64,000 nt of DNA from positions 4,135 to 68,134 of the forward strand of contig JAHEDH010000001.1 of assembly GCA_024641285.1 (NCBI GenBank), in the 5' to 3' direction. Position numbers and translations under genes: made by a program. The notes beneath the pieces are model-generated. The model did no database searches, had not been told where the DNA came from, and saw only the letters and a program-made list of their open reading frames with translations. Each line of letters opens with the position of its first letter. Position 1 is the first letter of the stretch. The stretch is from a bacterium. GTDB lineage: Bacteria > Actinomycetota > Acidimicrobiia > Spongiisociales > ZC4RG35. This document shows positions 18,223 to 29,127 of the stretch, in pieces.

Positions 18223-18639
18223 TCAGCCGGTCGGCTCGACACCCAACTCGGACAGGAGGCCCCGAACTCGGCGCTCGATCTCGTCGCGGACCGGCCGGAC
18301 CTCGGCGACGCCCTTGCCTGCCGGATCTTCGAGCTCCCAGTCGAGGTAGCGCTTGCCGGGATGGACCGGGCAGGTGTCGCCACATCCCATCGTGATGACC
18401 ACGTCGGCCTGCTCGAGGTCTGAGTCGGTCCATCTGTGGGGTTGTCGGGCGGAGATGTCGATCCCGACCTCGGCCATCGCCTCCACCGCCGACGGGTTGA
18501 CGGACTCCGCGGGTTCCGAGCCCCCCGAGAGAACGGTCACCGCGTCGCCACCCAGCGCGGTCGCCCAGCCGGCGGCCATCTGCGAGCGGCCGGCGTTGTG
18601 CACGCACAGGAACAGGATCGATGCTCGGTCTCTAGACAT
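18223..18639 (-). CDS. arsC: Arsenate reductase, LMW-PTPase/ArsC (thioredoxin- or mycothiol-coupled type)
   Basis: CVHNAGRSQMA active-site P-loop near the N-terminus, 138 aa; overlaps the upstream aquaporin gene by 8 nt. Confidence 0.85.
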   Translation of the reverse strand: MSRDRASILFLCVHNAGRSQMAAGWATALGGDAVTVLSGGSEPAESVNPSAVEAMAEVGIDISARQPHRWTDSDLEQADVVITMGCGDTCPVHPGKRYLDWELEDPAGKGVAEVRPVRDEIERRVRGLLSELGVEPTG

Positions 18640-19303
18640 GGGATCTCTCCTTCTCGTCGATGAGCACGCGGACCGCGCCGACTGCGAGCATCGCCCCCAG
18701 GAGTTGCGCGATGACGAACGCCGGTGCTGAACCGGGTTCGATGCCGGTGTAGCTGTCGGTGAACATACGGGCGATCGTCACAACGGGGTTGGCGAACCCG
18801 GTCGAGACCGTCGCCACGATGATGGTCGTGACCCAGGCACCGACGGCTGCGGGAATCGCCGATTCGCGCCCCGTGTCTACGAGAAGAAGGATCACCAACA
18901 CCAGCCCGAAGGTGGCGAACACCTCTCCGCCGAATCTCCCCGCTCCATCACGAACGTTGGTGGACACCGAGGCGATCTGGGCAGCGAAGGTGAGGTTGGC
19001 AAGGATGACCCCGGCGAGTCCGCCCACCAGTTGGGCTCCGGCGATCTGTGCAGCGGAACCGACGCTGAGCCGTCCGCGGACCGCAAGCGCCAGCGTCACT
19101 GCGGGATTGAACTGTGCACCACTGAACGGGATCAACGTGGCGATCACGACCGCCAGCCCCACTCCCACGACCACGGCGTGGATGAACAGCTGGGTTGCTT
19201 CGGGTGCGCCCATTTGCTCGACCGCCCAGCCGCTCCCGACGATGACTGCGAGCAGGGCACCGGTACCGAGCGCCTCGGCGAACAGGATTGAGCGGTCGAT
19301 CAC
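18632..19303 (-). CDS. MIP-family channel (aquaglyceroporin; AqpS-like candidate arsenite channel)
   Basis: Two NPA-type motifs (FNPAVT, ANPVVT), six TM helices. Confidence 0.8.
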   Translation of the reverse strand: MIDRSILFAEALGTGALLAVIVGSGWAVEQMGAPEATQLFIHAVVVGVGLAVVIATLIPFSGAQFNPAVTLALAVRGRLSVGSAAQIAGAQLVGGLAGVILANLTFAAQIASVSTNVRDGAGRFGGEVFATFGLVLVILLLVDTGRESAIPAAVGAWVTTIIVATVSTGFANPVVTIARMFTDSYTGIEPGSAPAFVIAQLLGAMLAVGAVRVLIDEKERSHV

Positions 19304-19347
19304 GACCGGAAGCGTACGGCACCCGGGTGAACGGAAGGTGACCGGCT

Positions 19348-20022
19348 TCAGTCCTCGCAGGTCACTTCCACAAGCACCTGATGGAGCGGCTTCCGGCTGA
19401 TGTCCGGCACCTGACAGTCGTCCGTCGGATACCCGATCGGGATCAGCGCGAATGGTCGCTCGTTCTCGGGCCTACCGAGGAGATCGGCGAGGAACCTCAT
19501 GGGCGATGGGGTGTGGGTGAGGCAGGCGAGCCCCATCCGGTGCAACGCCGAAAGCAACATCCCGGTGGCGATCCCGACGCTCTCCTTGACGTAGTAGTTG
19601 TGGATTCGCTCCCCATCGTCGCCGATCCCGTAGCGCTGCTCGAAGACCACGACGATCCACGGGACGATCTCGAGGAACGGCTTGTGCCAGTCCGTGCCGA
19701 GGGGGCGAAGTGCATCCTGCCATTCCTCGTTCATCCGGCCGCCGAGATAGTTCTCGCGCTCCTCGACTTCGACAGCTTCCCTGATGCGCCGTTTGAGCTC
19801 GGGATCGCCGACGAGCACGAACGTCCACGGTTGTCTGTGCGCGCCGGATGGAGCGGTGGAGGCGGCGGCGACTGCGAGCTCGACGAGTCGACGCGGGACG
19901 GGGCGATCCGAGAACTCACGGACACTCCGCCGAGCATCGTGTTCGGCCAGGATCGATTCCCCGACGGCCGCGGGATCGTCGACCTGGAGGGACGCGTACG
20001 GAATGCGGCTGGATCCGGACAT
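19348..20022 (-). CDS. Nitroreductase-family flavoprotein (iodotyrosine-deiodinase-like subgroup)
   Basis: 224 aa; nitroreductase fold signatures (RRSVREFSDRPVP...HRQPWTFVLV...NYYVKESVGIATG...PSPM). Confidence 0.7.
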   Translation of the reverse strand: MSGSSRIPYASLQVDDPAAVGESILAEHDARRSVREFSDRPVPRRLVELAVAAASTAPSGAHRQPWTFVLVGDPELKRRIREAVEVEERENYLGGRMNEEWQDALRPLGTDWHKPFLEIVPWIVVVFEQRYGIGDDGERIHNYYVKESVGIATGMLLSALHRMGLACLTHTPSPMRFLADLLGRPENERPFALIPIGYPTDDCQVPDISRKPLHQVLVEVTCED

Positions 20023-20031
20023 GACGCGAAT

Positions 20032-21180
20032 CTACCCGTCGGTCGACACAGCAACGATCGAGCCGTCGTTGCTGCCGAGCACGACGATCGAACCGAGCAC
20101 CGTCGGCGTGGACGCCATGTAGTTGCCGGGGACACCGACGTCGATCGCCCACCGCTCATCGCCCGAGTCGGCGTCGAAGGCGAACAGCACCCCGTTCTCG
20201 GCGGTGACGAGGACCACGTCGCCTACGAGGATCGGGGAGGCGTAGGAGGCATCCCCCAGCTGCGCAGTCCACCTCCGTTGCCCGGTCGCCAGATCGAACG
20301 CGATCAGGTCGCCGGATGCGGTCGGGACGTAGCCGAGCTCGCCCCCCAGGGCGACGGCGCCATAGATGGGAGAGCCCAGGTCGATCTCCCAGCGGGTCGA
20401 GCCGTCGACCGTCGTCGAGACCAGCGAGCCTCCGGTCGAGCCGACGAAGACGGCCGAGGCCGAGAAGGCGGGAGTGGCGGCGACGCCTCGGGCGTAGGTG
20501 GTGAGACTCTCGTCGATCGAGGCCAATTCGACGTAGCTCACCTCCAACGAGTCGAGGTCGACATACGCCAGACGATTCGAGCCGGTGCCGATGACGAGGA
20601 CGCCCGAAGAGACCGCCGGCGATGAATCGGTCGGTCCGTCGAGCTCGACGGACCGACGCTGTGCGCCGGTCGATGGATCGAGAAAGGCGATCGAGCTGCC
20701 GACCACGGCGATGAGGTCGCCACCGAAGAGGATCGGGCTCGATCGCGCAAAGCCATCGAGCCGGCTCTCCCAGGCGATCGCCCCCGAATCGATCTCGTGA
20801 CGACGCACGGTTCCATCGGATGCCACGGAGAACACGGAGTCGGCGCTCGCCACGACCGAGGCTTCGGCGTCGCCGATGTCCGACCTCCAGCGAACCTCAC
20901 CGGAGAGGACATCGAAGGCGACGAGATCGCCACTGTCATCGGCGACGAAGGCCATACTCCCGACAACGACGGGGGACGCGATCACCGGCTCGGTCCCGGT
21001 GATCCGATATGCGATCGCCGGAGTGTCACCGACGTCGCCGAACACCACGCCTGACCTTCCCGGATCGCCCCGATAGGCAGCGACGACCGCGGTGTCGGCC
21101 GGTGCCACCACCACGGGCTGCTCTTCGGGCGCGCACGCCGAGACAGTGGCAACCAAGGCCGCAGCCACGAGCGCCCGCAT
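20032..21180 (-). CDS. PQQ-repeat beta-propeller lipoprotein (BamB-like fold)
   Basis: Lipobox MRALVAAALVATVSAC; repeated DG..WR. propeller blades. Start at ATG 21180; the longer ORF start is an Arg-rich extension. Confidence 0.7.
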   Translation of the reverse strand: MRALVAAALVATVSACAPEEQPVVVAPADTAVVAAYRGDPGRSGVVFGDVGDTPAIAYRITGTEPVIASPVVVGSMAFVADDSGDLVAFDVLSGEVRWRSDIGDAEASVVASADSVFSVASDGTVRRHEIDSGAIAWESRLDGFARSSPILFGGDLIAVVGSSIAFLDPSTGAQRRSVELDGPTDSSPAVSSGVLVIGTGSNRLAYVDLDSLEVSYVELASIDESLTTYARGVAATPAFSASAVFVGSTGGSLVSTTVDGSTRWEIDLGSPIYGAVALGGELGYVPTASGDLIAFDLATGQRRWTAQLGDASYASPILVGDVVLVTAENGVLFAFDADSGDERWAIDVGVPGNYMASTPTVLGSIVVLGSNDGSIVAVSTDG

Positions 21181-21197
21181 GGGGCGGCGGGTGACGC

Positions 21198-22574
21198 TCA
21201 CAGAAGCTTGGCGATCAGGGGGGTCCACACTTCGGAATGGGTGGGAAACGGCGCAATGGCGTGACGCAGTTGCTCGACCGTGAGCTGCCCGACGATGGCG
21301 ATCGTGGCGGCGTGGATCATCTCTCCGGCGTCGGCGGACACGAAGGTCGCACCGATGAGCCGCCTGGTCGAGGCGTCGCAGACGAGCTTCGCCCATCCGG
21401 GATGCGCGTGACCGTGGCTGTATGGGGCGGCTACGTCGGCGAGGTCCCATTCTGCAGTGACGACATCGATGCCGGCGTCCCTGGCAGCATGCTCGGTCAT
21501 GCCGACCGCTGCGAGATTCGGGACGGTGAACACCACCCTCGGGCTGGCCGATCTGTCACCGGACGCACCGCCGGAACGGTGGTTGCCCAGGAGGTGCTCG
21601 GCGAGGATCGCCCCCTGATAGTTGGCTCCGTGCGTGTAGGGAGACCGCCCGTTGACGTCGCCGATCGCGTACAGCCAGCCGCTCTCAGCGCGGACGCGCA
21701 GCCACTCGTCCGTCTCGAGATCGTCGGGTTCGAGCCCGACGTTCGACAGCCCGATGGCGGACACCCGCGGTCTCCTCCCGATCGCCACGAGCACGTGATC
21801 GGCGAGCAGTGCGTCACCGGCGTCGGTGTTCACGACGACGCAGTCACCCCGATCGTCGAACGACGTCGCCGACGTGGAGAAGCGGAACTCGACACCGAGC
21901 CGCTCGAGCGCCGCTCGGATGCGGATCGCAGCTTCGGGCTCCTCCTGCGGCATCGGTCGCTCAGCCAGGTCGAGCACCGTGACACGGGAACCGAGGACGG
22001 CGAACGCCTGGGCCAACTCGCAGCCGATGACCCCTGCCCCGACGACGACGAGCCGCTCGGGGATCGCGCCGATCGTGGTGAGCGTCGCAGCCGGACCGAC
22101 CCGGGGGCCGTCGATGCCGGCGATGTCCGGCAGAATCGGGCCGGCCCCGGTGGCGATGACGACTCCACGGAGCGCTTCGACCCGGCGGCCCAGTTCTACC
22201 AATTCGACAATCCGCTCGCCAACGATCCTCCCGTGGCACCGGGCCAGGTGCACGCCGGCGGCTTCGAGCGATGCGGCATGCTCTGCGTCCGACCCACCGA
22301 GCGTGACCCGATCGCGGAGCGCGAGCACGGCATCCGCATCGATCTTCGGGCGGGACACGCCGGGGCTCTCCAACGCCAGGTGAACGGCCTGGGCCGGCGT
22401 CAGCAGCGCCTTCGAGGGGATGCATGCGGTGAACGGGCATTCCCCACCCACGTCTTCGGCCTCGATGACGAGCACTTCGAGCCCGGCTTCGGCCAGCTTC
22501 GGCGCAGAGGCCTCGGTGGCCGAGCCGGCGCCGATGAAGATCACGTCGTAGCGGTCTCGTAGACGGTCGGTCAT
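21198..22574 (-). CDS. Class I FAD-dependent pyridine nucleotide-disulfide oxidoreductase (Lpd / mercuric-reductase / glutathione-reductase family)
   Basis: FAD fold DVIFIGAGSA; redox-active GGECPFTACIPSKALL (CxxxxC); NAD site VVVGAGVIGCE; C-terminal dimerisation domain with HAHP. Confidence 0.8.
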   Translation of the reverse strand: MTDRLRDRYDVIFIGAGSATEASAPKLAEAGLEVLVIEAEDVGGECPFTACIPSKALLTPAQAVHLALESPGVSRPKIDADAVLALRDRVTLGGSDAEHAASLEAAGVHLARCHGRIVGERIVELVELGRRVEALRGVVIATGAGPILPDIAGIDGPRVGPAATLTTIGAIPERLVVVGAGVIGCELAQAFAVLGSRVTVLDLAERPMPQEEPEAAIRIRAALERLGVEFRFSTSATSFDDRGDCVVVNTDAGDALLADHVLVAIGRRPRVSAIGLSNVGLEPDDLETDEWLRVRAESGWLYAIGDVNGRSPYTHGANYQGAILAEHLLGNHRSGGASGDRSASPRVVFTVPNLAAVGMTEHAARDAGIDVVTAEWDLADVAAPYSHGHAHPGWAKLVCDASTRRLIGATFVSADAGEMIHAATIAIVGQLTVEQLRHAIAPFPTHSEVWTPLIAKLL

Positions 22575-22614
22575 TGGGGGAACATACCCGTTTCGACCCG
22601 TTGGAAACGGAGGT

Positions 22615-24681
22615 TCAGTGGGAGAGTGCCACGACCTCGGGCTCGCGCAGTGCAGGCATGAGGTGGCCCCGTCGACGGGCCTTGCGGAGCGTCAGGATGA
22701 ATGCGTTCGTGCTCGCTGTCCGTTCGAGTGAAAGAGAGCCGTCCTGCAGCTCTGCGAGGACCCGGCTGATCGCCAGCCCGAGTCCGATCGATGACGGCAT
22801 CGTCCTTTGCGATTCGAGGCGCTGGTACGGCAGGAAGATCGAGCCGGCCTTCTCGGGAGGGATCTCCGGGCCCGAGTCGTGGACCTCGATTCGGACGTCG
22901 TCTTGAGTGTCCCGAACTGCGACGAACACATCCTGGCCACCATACCGCACTGCGTTCGTGATGAGGTTGCGCAGGATCTGGCGCACTCGAACCGGGTCGG
23001 CCATCACGTCGATGTTGGGGAGCGCCTCGGCCAAGCGAGCAGGGTTCCCCGGAAGCGAGCGCAGCGTTCGCTCGACCAACCGGCCGATGTCGAATGGCTC
23101 GAAGTTGATCGTCACTTCGCCGATGTCCGACCTCGACCAAACCAGCAGATCTTCGATGATGTGACTCATCTCTACGGCATGGTGTTCGACCAGCTCTCGG
23201 AACTCCTCGAGCTCGGGCTCGTCGTACATCATCGAATCATTGCGGAGTTCGTGGCTGAACCCGAGGACGGCGGTCAGCGGCGTCCTCAGCTCATGCGAAA
23301 TCGAGGCGATGAAGCCGTTCTGCGACTCGAGCGTCGCTTCCAGCCGTTGACGAGCGACGGTCAGCTCCGTCACGTCCTGAAGTGCGACATAGACGTTCGC
23401 ATAGTCCGGGGCACCATCGACCCCGGCCGCGTGCCATCTGACGACGAGCTCGACCGGGTCGCCGTTCTCGTCGAGATCCGACGCCGTGTGCTGAGAGATC
23501 AGCCTTCCGTCAGCAACGGCCATGACACTCGAGAGCAACGACTCGACCGATCGCTCGTTCAGTCGGTCCTCGAGCGTCCTCGAATGATCCGGGAGACCGA
23601 GCCTGCGAGACAGATCCTGGGCAGCCGGGTTGATGTCGCGGATCACGATCTCCGAGAGAATCGCCGCCAACTCGTCCGGATGCTGCAAGAGATACTCGCG
23701 AACATCGACGACACCGCCGGCGCGGAGCTCCGCGATCCGGGCTTCGACCCTCGAGTGGTCCTCGCGCTGGATCGCAACCGGTGTGGCCTCGAACAGGGTC
23801 CTGTGGCTGCGCTCGATCGAGCTCAGCTCCTCGATCGCCCGGAGGCGCTCGGCCTGCAGTTCCTCGGGACGGGCGAGGAGGCTGCGAACGTACAACGCTG
23901 CCAGGATGGCAAGGGCAGCGCCGAACAACCAGATCAGGGGGCCCACATCGGAGTCCTTCGGCCATCCGGCAACCGGTGCCACTTCGACGACCCATGGCGT
24001 CGGGAGCCAGGTGAGCTTGACCGATCGGCGAACCGTGCGACCCACAGGCTGCTCTCCGATGATCACGGACTGATCGGTTCCCCGAACGACGAACTGGAAG
24101 TCGCCAAGGGAGTCGTCCATGCCGCTGTCCCGCACCATCTCGTCCCAGTCGACGATCACCGCCGCGAAGCCCCACAGGTCTCCGCCTTCGGAGAAGACGG
24201 GCCTGCGGATCGCGAGCCCACGGCCGCCCTGCACGAGGTCGAACGGCCCTTCCAGGGTCGTGGCGCCCGAAGCGACCGAGCCCTGCAGCAGTTGCCTCCG
24301 CCGGTCGTCGTCGAACAGGTTCAGGCCGACGGCCTTCTCATTGCCTTCGATCGGGTAGACGAGCTCGATTCGGCTCCGGTCGACGATCTGAACCGATTTG
24401 ACTGCACCCGTCGAGTCGGCGATGGAGGACGAGAACTCGTCGAACGAGCCTTCGATCGCTGCCCAGTCCCGGTCGTGGGAACGGATGTAGGCCGTGAGCC
24501 CGTCCACGGCCGCACCGTGGAGCAATACGGTCTGCTCGAGCTCGCGAGCTTTCGCCTCCGCCACCTCCGACGCTTGGGATTCCGATCGAAGCAACGCCGA
24601 GGCGGTGGCGAGGCCGTCCACGAGCGCGGTCGCAGCCAGCAGCACCGCCGCCACCACGATCGGTATCAGTGTTCGTCTCAT
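22615..24681 (-). CDS. Sensor histidine kinase with extracytoplasmic sensor domain and PAS-like region; no adjacent response regulator
   Basis: Signal/TM, periplasmic domain, second TM, H-box ISHELRTPL, HATPase (LRNLITNAVRYGG, GLGLAISR). Start ATG 24679-24681 preceded by GAGGA. Confidence 0.8.
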   Translation of the reverse strand: MRRTLIPIVVAAVLLAATALVDGLATASALLRSESQASEVAEAKARELEQTVLLHGAAVDGLTAYIRSHDRDWAAIEGSFDEFSSSIADSTGAVKSVQIVDRSRIELVYPIEGNEKAVGLNLFDDDRRRQLLQGSVASGATTLEGPFDLVQGGRGLAIRRPVFSEGGDLWGFAAVIVDWDEMVRDSGMDDSLGDFQFVVRGTDQSVIIGEQPVGRTVRRSVKLTWLPTPWVVEVAPVAGWPKDSDVGPLIWLFGAALAILAALYVRSLLARPEELQAERLRAIEELSSIERSHRTLFEATPVAIQREDHSRVEARIAELRAGGVVDVREYLLQHPDELAAILSEIVIRDINPAAQDLSRRLGLPDHSRTLEDRLNERSVESLLSSVMAVADGRLISQHTASDLDENGDPVELVVRWHAAGVDGAPDYANVYVALQDVTELTVARQRLEATLESQNGFIASISHELRTPLTAVLGFSHELRNDSMMYDEPELEEFRELVEHHAVEMSHIIEDLLVWSRSDIGEVTINFEPFDIGRLVERTLRSLPGNPARLAEALPNIDVMADPVRVRQILRNLITNAVRYGGQDVFVAVRDTQDDVRIEVHDSGPEIPPEKAGSIFLPYQRLESQRTMPSSIGLGLAISRVLAELQDGSLSLERTASTNAFILTLRKARRRGHLMPALREPEVVALSH

Positions 24682-24776
24682 CGCAGAGGAATCCTCATTC
24701 GAGGGTTCCAGTCGGCTCGAACCACAATCGGATAAGCGACGAGCACCCGCGACGAGTGTTGGGTAGGGTGCCGGCG

Positions 24777-25985
<1,209 letters not shown>

Positions 25986-26128
25986 GCGGTTCCGACCAAC
26001 CCAACCCCACCTGCATCCGGGAAGTGAGGCGGTCGATCACCGCCCTCGCACAAGAGAGACCGACTCCCGCCGGAGAAGCAAGTGGGGCCCAGCGCTTCGT
26101 CGGCGGGCGACCGCGCCGCCCGAAGAGG

Positions 26129-26279
26129 TCAAGCCGGCTTGGCCATCGCAAGCGCCTGCTCGCGCGTCACTTCCATGCCGTGCACCGCTCCGGCGTGCTC
26201 CTTCACCTTGTCGAAGATCTCGTCGTCGTTTTCCCCAACCAGACTGACTCCGCATTCACAGTCGACCTTCTTGACCATC
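26129..26279 (-). CDS. DUF1059-family small protein (49 aa)
   Basis: MVKKVDCECGVSLVGENDDEIFDKVKEHAGAVHGM... with AGGAGGTG Shine-Dalgarno 6 nt upstream of the ATG. Confidence 0.55.
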
Positions 26280-26349
26280 GGGCACCTCCTATTGTCTGTC
26301 CCGTGCGGTCACGATACGTGGCCGGCTTTGGCGTCGGCTTGGGAAGCGT

Positions 26350-27096
26350 TTGGAGATGATCCGCATCTACCTCACAGGTGAGCCATTGGTCGAGACCGAC
26401 GAATCGGTCGTCAGACCAATCGATCTGTCTGGCCGCCAGGGCCGTCTCGTATTGACGGCGCTTGCCTGGAATCACGACGACGCGGTGCCAAGGGGCGACG
26501 TCGCCGAGATCTTGTGGCCGGCGGACCGGCCGCCCTCCTGGGAAGCGACCCTTGCAGCAGTCATCAGCAATGTGCGGAGGGGTCTTCCTCCTCCACTCGA
26601 GATCGAGCACGCGACCGGTTGCTATCGGCTACGTGTGCCGACCGACGCTTGGGTGGACGTCGAGGCAGCGTATGGAGCCGCTCACGCAGCCGAAGGCGCT
26701 ATTCGCCTCGACGACATGGCAGACGTCTACGCCTGGACCGGCGTGGCGACCGCAATCACCAAGCGCCCGTTCCTCGTCGGCGAGGACGGCCCGTGGGTTG
26801 AGGCGAGACGAAGAGAGCTCACGGCCTTGCGAATACGTGCTCTCGATGCGGCGATCGAGTTCTGCACTTGGAACGACGAGTGGGGGCCGGCGTTGCGATA
26901 CATAGAGTCTTTGATCGACCTGGACCCGCTCAGGGAATCGTCGTATCGGCGATTGATGACCGTTTCGGCAGCGTCCGGCGATCGGGCGGGGGCAGCCAGA
27001 GCGTACGAACGCTGTCGAGCGGCACTCGCCGAAGAGCTCGGCGTGTCGCCGCACGCCGAAACCGAGGCGCTGTACGACCACATCCTCGAGGCGTGA
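26350..27096 (+). CDS. SARP-family (AfsR/DnrI-like) transcriptional regulator: OmpR-type winged-helix plus BTAD
   Basis: 248 aa; LW, CYRL, and BTAD helices (RESSYRRLMTVSAASGDRAGAARAYERCRAALAEELGVSP). Confidence 0.75.
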   Translation: MEMIRIYLTGEPLVETDESVVRPIDLSGRQGRLVLTALAWNHDDAVPRGDVAEILWPADRPPSWEATLAAVISNVRRGLPPPLEIEHATGCYRLRVPTDAWVDVEAAYGAAHAAEGAIRLDDMADVYAWTGVATAITKRPFLVGEDGPWVEARRRELTALRIRALDAAIEFCTWNDEWGPALRYIESLIDLDPLRESSYRRLMTVSAASGDRAGAARAYERCRAALAEELGVSPHAETEALYDHILEA

Positions 27097-27106
27097 CCGA
27101 CTGACC

Positions 27107-28408
27107 CTATGTCGTCCGGTCAGGTTCGAAGTGGCGCTCCAGGGAGTGCCAGACGGACGGGTAGTCGTCCTGGAGGGCGGGGATCGATCCGGCGTAGGCG
27201 GTCGGGATCAGGGGGTATCGCGTCTCGAACATGAATGACATCGTGTCGGACAGTCGATGCGGTTCGAGGTCCGATGTCGTCGCCTTGATCCAGGCGTCGT
27301 GATCGGGTCCGTGAGGGAAGTACATGTTGTGGAGGCTCATTCCCCCAGGGGCGAATCCCTCCTCCTTGGCGTCGTACACGCCGTAGAGGATGCCCATGAA
27401 TTCCGACATGATGTTCTTGTGGTAGTACGGCGGCCGGAACGTGTGCTCACCGACCAGCCAGCGGTCGGCGAAGACCACGAAATCGACGTTTGCGACGCCC
27501 GGGTCGGGGCTGGGGGACGTCAGCACGGTGAAGATCGACGGGTCGGGATGGTCGTAGCTGATCGAACCGATGACATTGAAGAGCCTCAAGTCGTATTTGT
27601 AGGGCACGTGATTCCCGTGCCATCCGACGACGTCGAGGGGCGAGTAGTCGAGCTCCACAGAGAACAACCGGCCGTCGAATTTGACGAACATCTCGCCAGG
27701 CCGCTCGCTGTCCTCGTAGGCCGCCACGGGGCTGAGGAAGTCCCTCGGATTCGCCAGACCGTTCGCTCCGATCGGGCCTCGCTCCGGCAGTTCGAGATAG
27801 GTGCCGTAGTTCTCGCAAACGTAGCCGCGGGCTGTGGCACCGAGCAGGTCGACCCGGAACACCATGCCACGGGGCACGACTCCGATCTCGCCCGGCCCGA
27901 CTTCGAGTATCCCGCACTCGGTTGCCAGCCTGAGACGCCCCTCCTGCGGGACGATCAGCAGCTCTCCGTCGGCGTCGTAGAAGTAACTGTCCTCCATCGA
28001 CCGTGTGGCCATGTAGACGTGCGCCGCCATCCCGGTCTGGGTGTGTGCGTCGCCGTTCGTGGCGATGGTCCGCAGCCCGGTCAGAAAGGTCGTCTCACCG
28101 TCGGGGAACGGCGGCGGGTCCCAGCGGAGCTGCCCGATCGGCGGATTCGCTTCGCGATTCGGAGCACTGCGGATGAAGTGACGGTCGACCTCGGTGAAGC
28201 GCCAGGCATGCCGCACGGACGGCCGTATCCGATAGAACCACGTCCTGCGGTTCCGCGCGTTCGGAACGGTGAACGCCGTACCGGAGAGCTGTTCGGTGTA
28301 CAGGCCGAGCGGGGGTTTCTGCGGATTGTTCTGCCCGACCGGCAGCGCGCCGGACTCCGCCTCGGAGGCGAACTCGTTTCCGAAGCCCGACAGGTACTCG
28401 ACGGCCAT
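27107..28408 (-). CDS. hmgA: Homogentisate 1,2-dioxygenase
   Basis: 433 aa; N-terminus [17 protein letters not shown]..., full-length cupin dioxygenase. Confidence 0.9.
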   Translation of the reverse strand: MAVEYLSGFGNEFASEAESGALPVGQNNPQKPPLGLYTEQLSGTAFTVPNARNRRTWFYRIRPSVRHAWRFTEVDRHFIRSAPNREANPPIGQLRWDPPPFPDGETTFLTGLRTIATNGDAHTQTGMAAHVYMATRSMEDSYFYDADGELLIVPQEGRLRLATECGILEVGPGEIGVVPRGMVFRVDLLGATARGYVCENYGTYLELPERGPIGANGLANPRDFLSPVAAYEDSERPGEMFVKFDGRLFSVELDYSPLDVVGWHGNHVPYKYDLRLFNVIGSISYDHPDPSIFTVLTSPSPDPGVANVDFVVFADRWLVGEHTFRPPYYHKNIMSEFMGILYGVYDAKEEGFAPGGMSLHNMYFPHGPDHDAWIKATTSDLEPHRLSDTMSFMFETRYPLIPTAYAGSIPALQDDYPSVWHSLERHFEPDRTT

Positions 28409-28478
28409 GGGGTCCTCTTTCGGTCGTTGCCCGGACCCTACAGTTTGTCCCCCTGGAGGACAGGCTGCCCGTGCCCCG

Positions 28479-28871
28479 TCAGTCGGCTTTCAGGCTCTCG
28501 AGAGCGGCGCGGAGCAGCGATTCCGCCTCTTCTGCGATCGGGACGATCGCCTCTTCACCCGTCACCTGCGACATCATCGCCGGGTCCATCGCCTCCACGA
28601 CCACGCCGTCTTCGACCTGGCGGACGACCACGTTGCACGGCAGGAGTGCACCGATCTGTCGCTGCACGTCGAGCGCCCTGCCGGCGAGATTGGGGTTGCA
28701 CGCCCCGATGATCACGTAGGGCTCGATCTCCTTGCCGATCTTCGCCTGCAGTGTCGCCCGCACGTCGATTTCGGTCAGGGTTCCGAAGCCGCGCTCCGCG
28801 AGCGCAGCCTTCACCTTGGGCAACGCTTCGTCGAGGCTCATGTCGAGGACCACGGCTGGTTCCAGAATCAT
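28479..28871 (-). CDS. DUF302-domain protein
   Basis: 130 aa; DUF302 pattern ([21 protein letters not shown]...[10 protein letters not shown]). Strong RBS GAGAAGGAGAACAG-ATG. Confidence 0.7.
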   Translation of the reverse strand: MILEPAVVLDMSLDEALPKVKAALAERGFGTLTEIDVRATLQAKIGKEIEPYVIIGACNPNLAGRALDVQRQIGALLPCNVVVRQVEDGVVVEAMDPAMMSQVTGEEAIVPIAEEAESLLRAALESLKAD

Positions 28872-28969
28872 CTGTTCTCCTTCTCTCGGCCCTGACGCTA
28901 CTCATGGCCGGCGAGCGGAGCTCGATGCGTTCGTCAGTCGCCGCTGTTGTAGTGATCGGCCAGCCGATC
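28849..28969. repeat. 121-bp perfect direct repeat, copy 1 (5' end and promoter/RBS of the DUF302 gene plus the 3' end of a PRC-barrel reading frame)
   Basis: Identical to 30152..30272 by direct base-by-base comparison. Confidence 0.85.
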
Positions 28970-29127
28970 CTCCCTTCCCCAGTTCGGTCGATCCGATAGA
29001 TCGCATCGCGGAGCCATTGCACGGTGGACACCAGCGATGAAGACCAATCGCACCTTGGCACGGCCACACTGAGAATGATCTGGAGGAGTCGATCCATTTT
29101 GAGATCAATAATGCATGACACGTGGTG

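Noticed and set aside
24669-24776. Upstream extension of the thiolase ORF (MFVSSQRNPH...)
   Set aside because: Overlaps the histidine-kinase start region on the other strand and lacks thiolase homology; the ATG at 24777 gives the canonical thiolase N-terminus.
28857-28871. Same 13-mer RBS context GAGAAGGAGAACA upstream of both the DUF302 gene and the Phe-rich mini-ORF (38303..38316)
   Set aside because: Probably just two strong Shine-Dalgarno sequences; a 13-nt match twice in 64 kb of biased sequence is not compelling evidence of relatedness.
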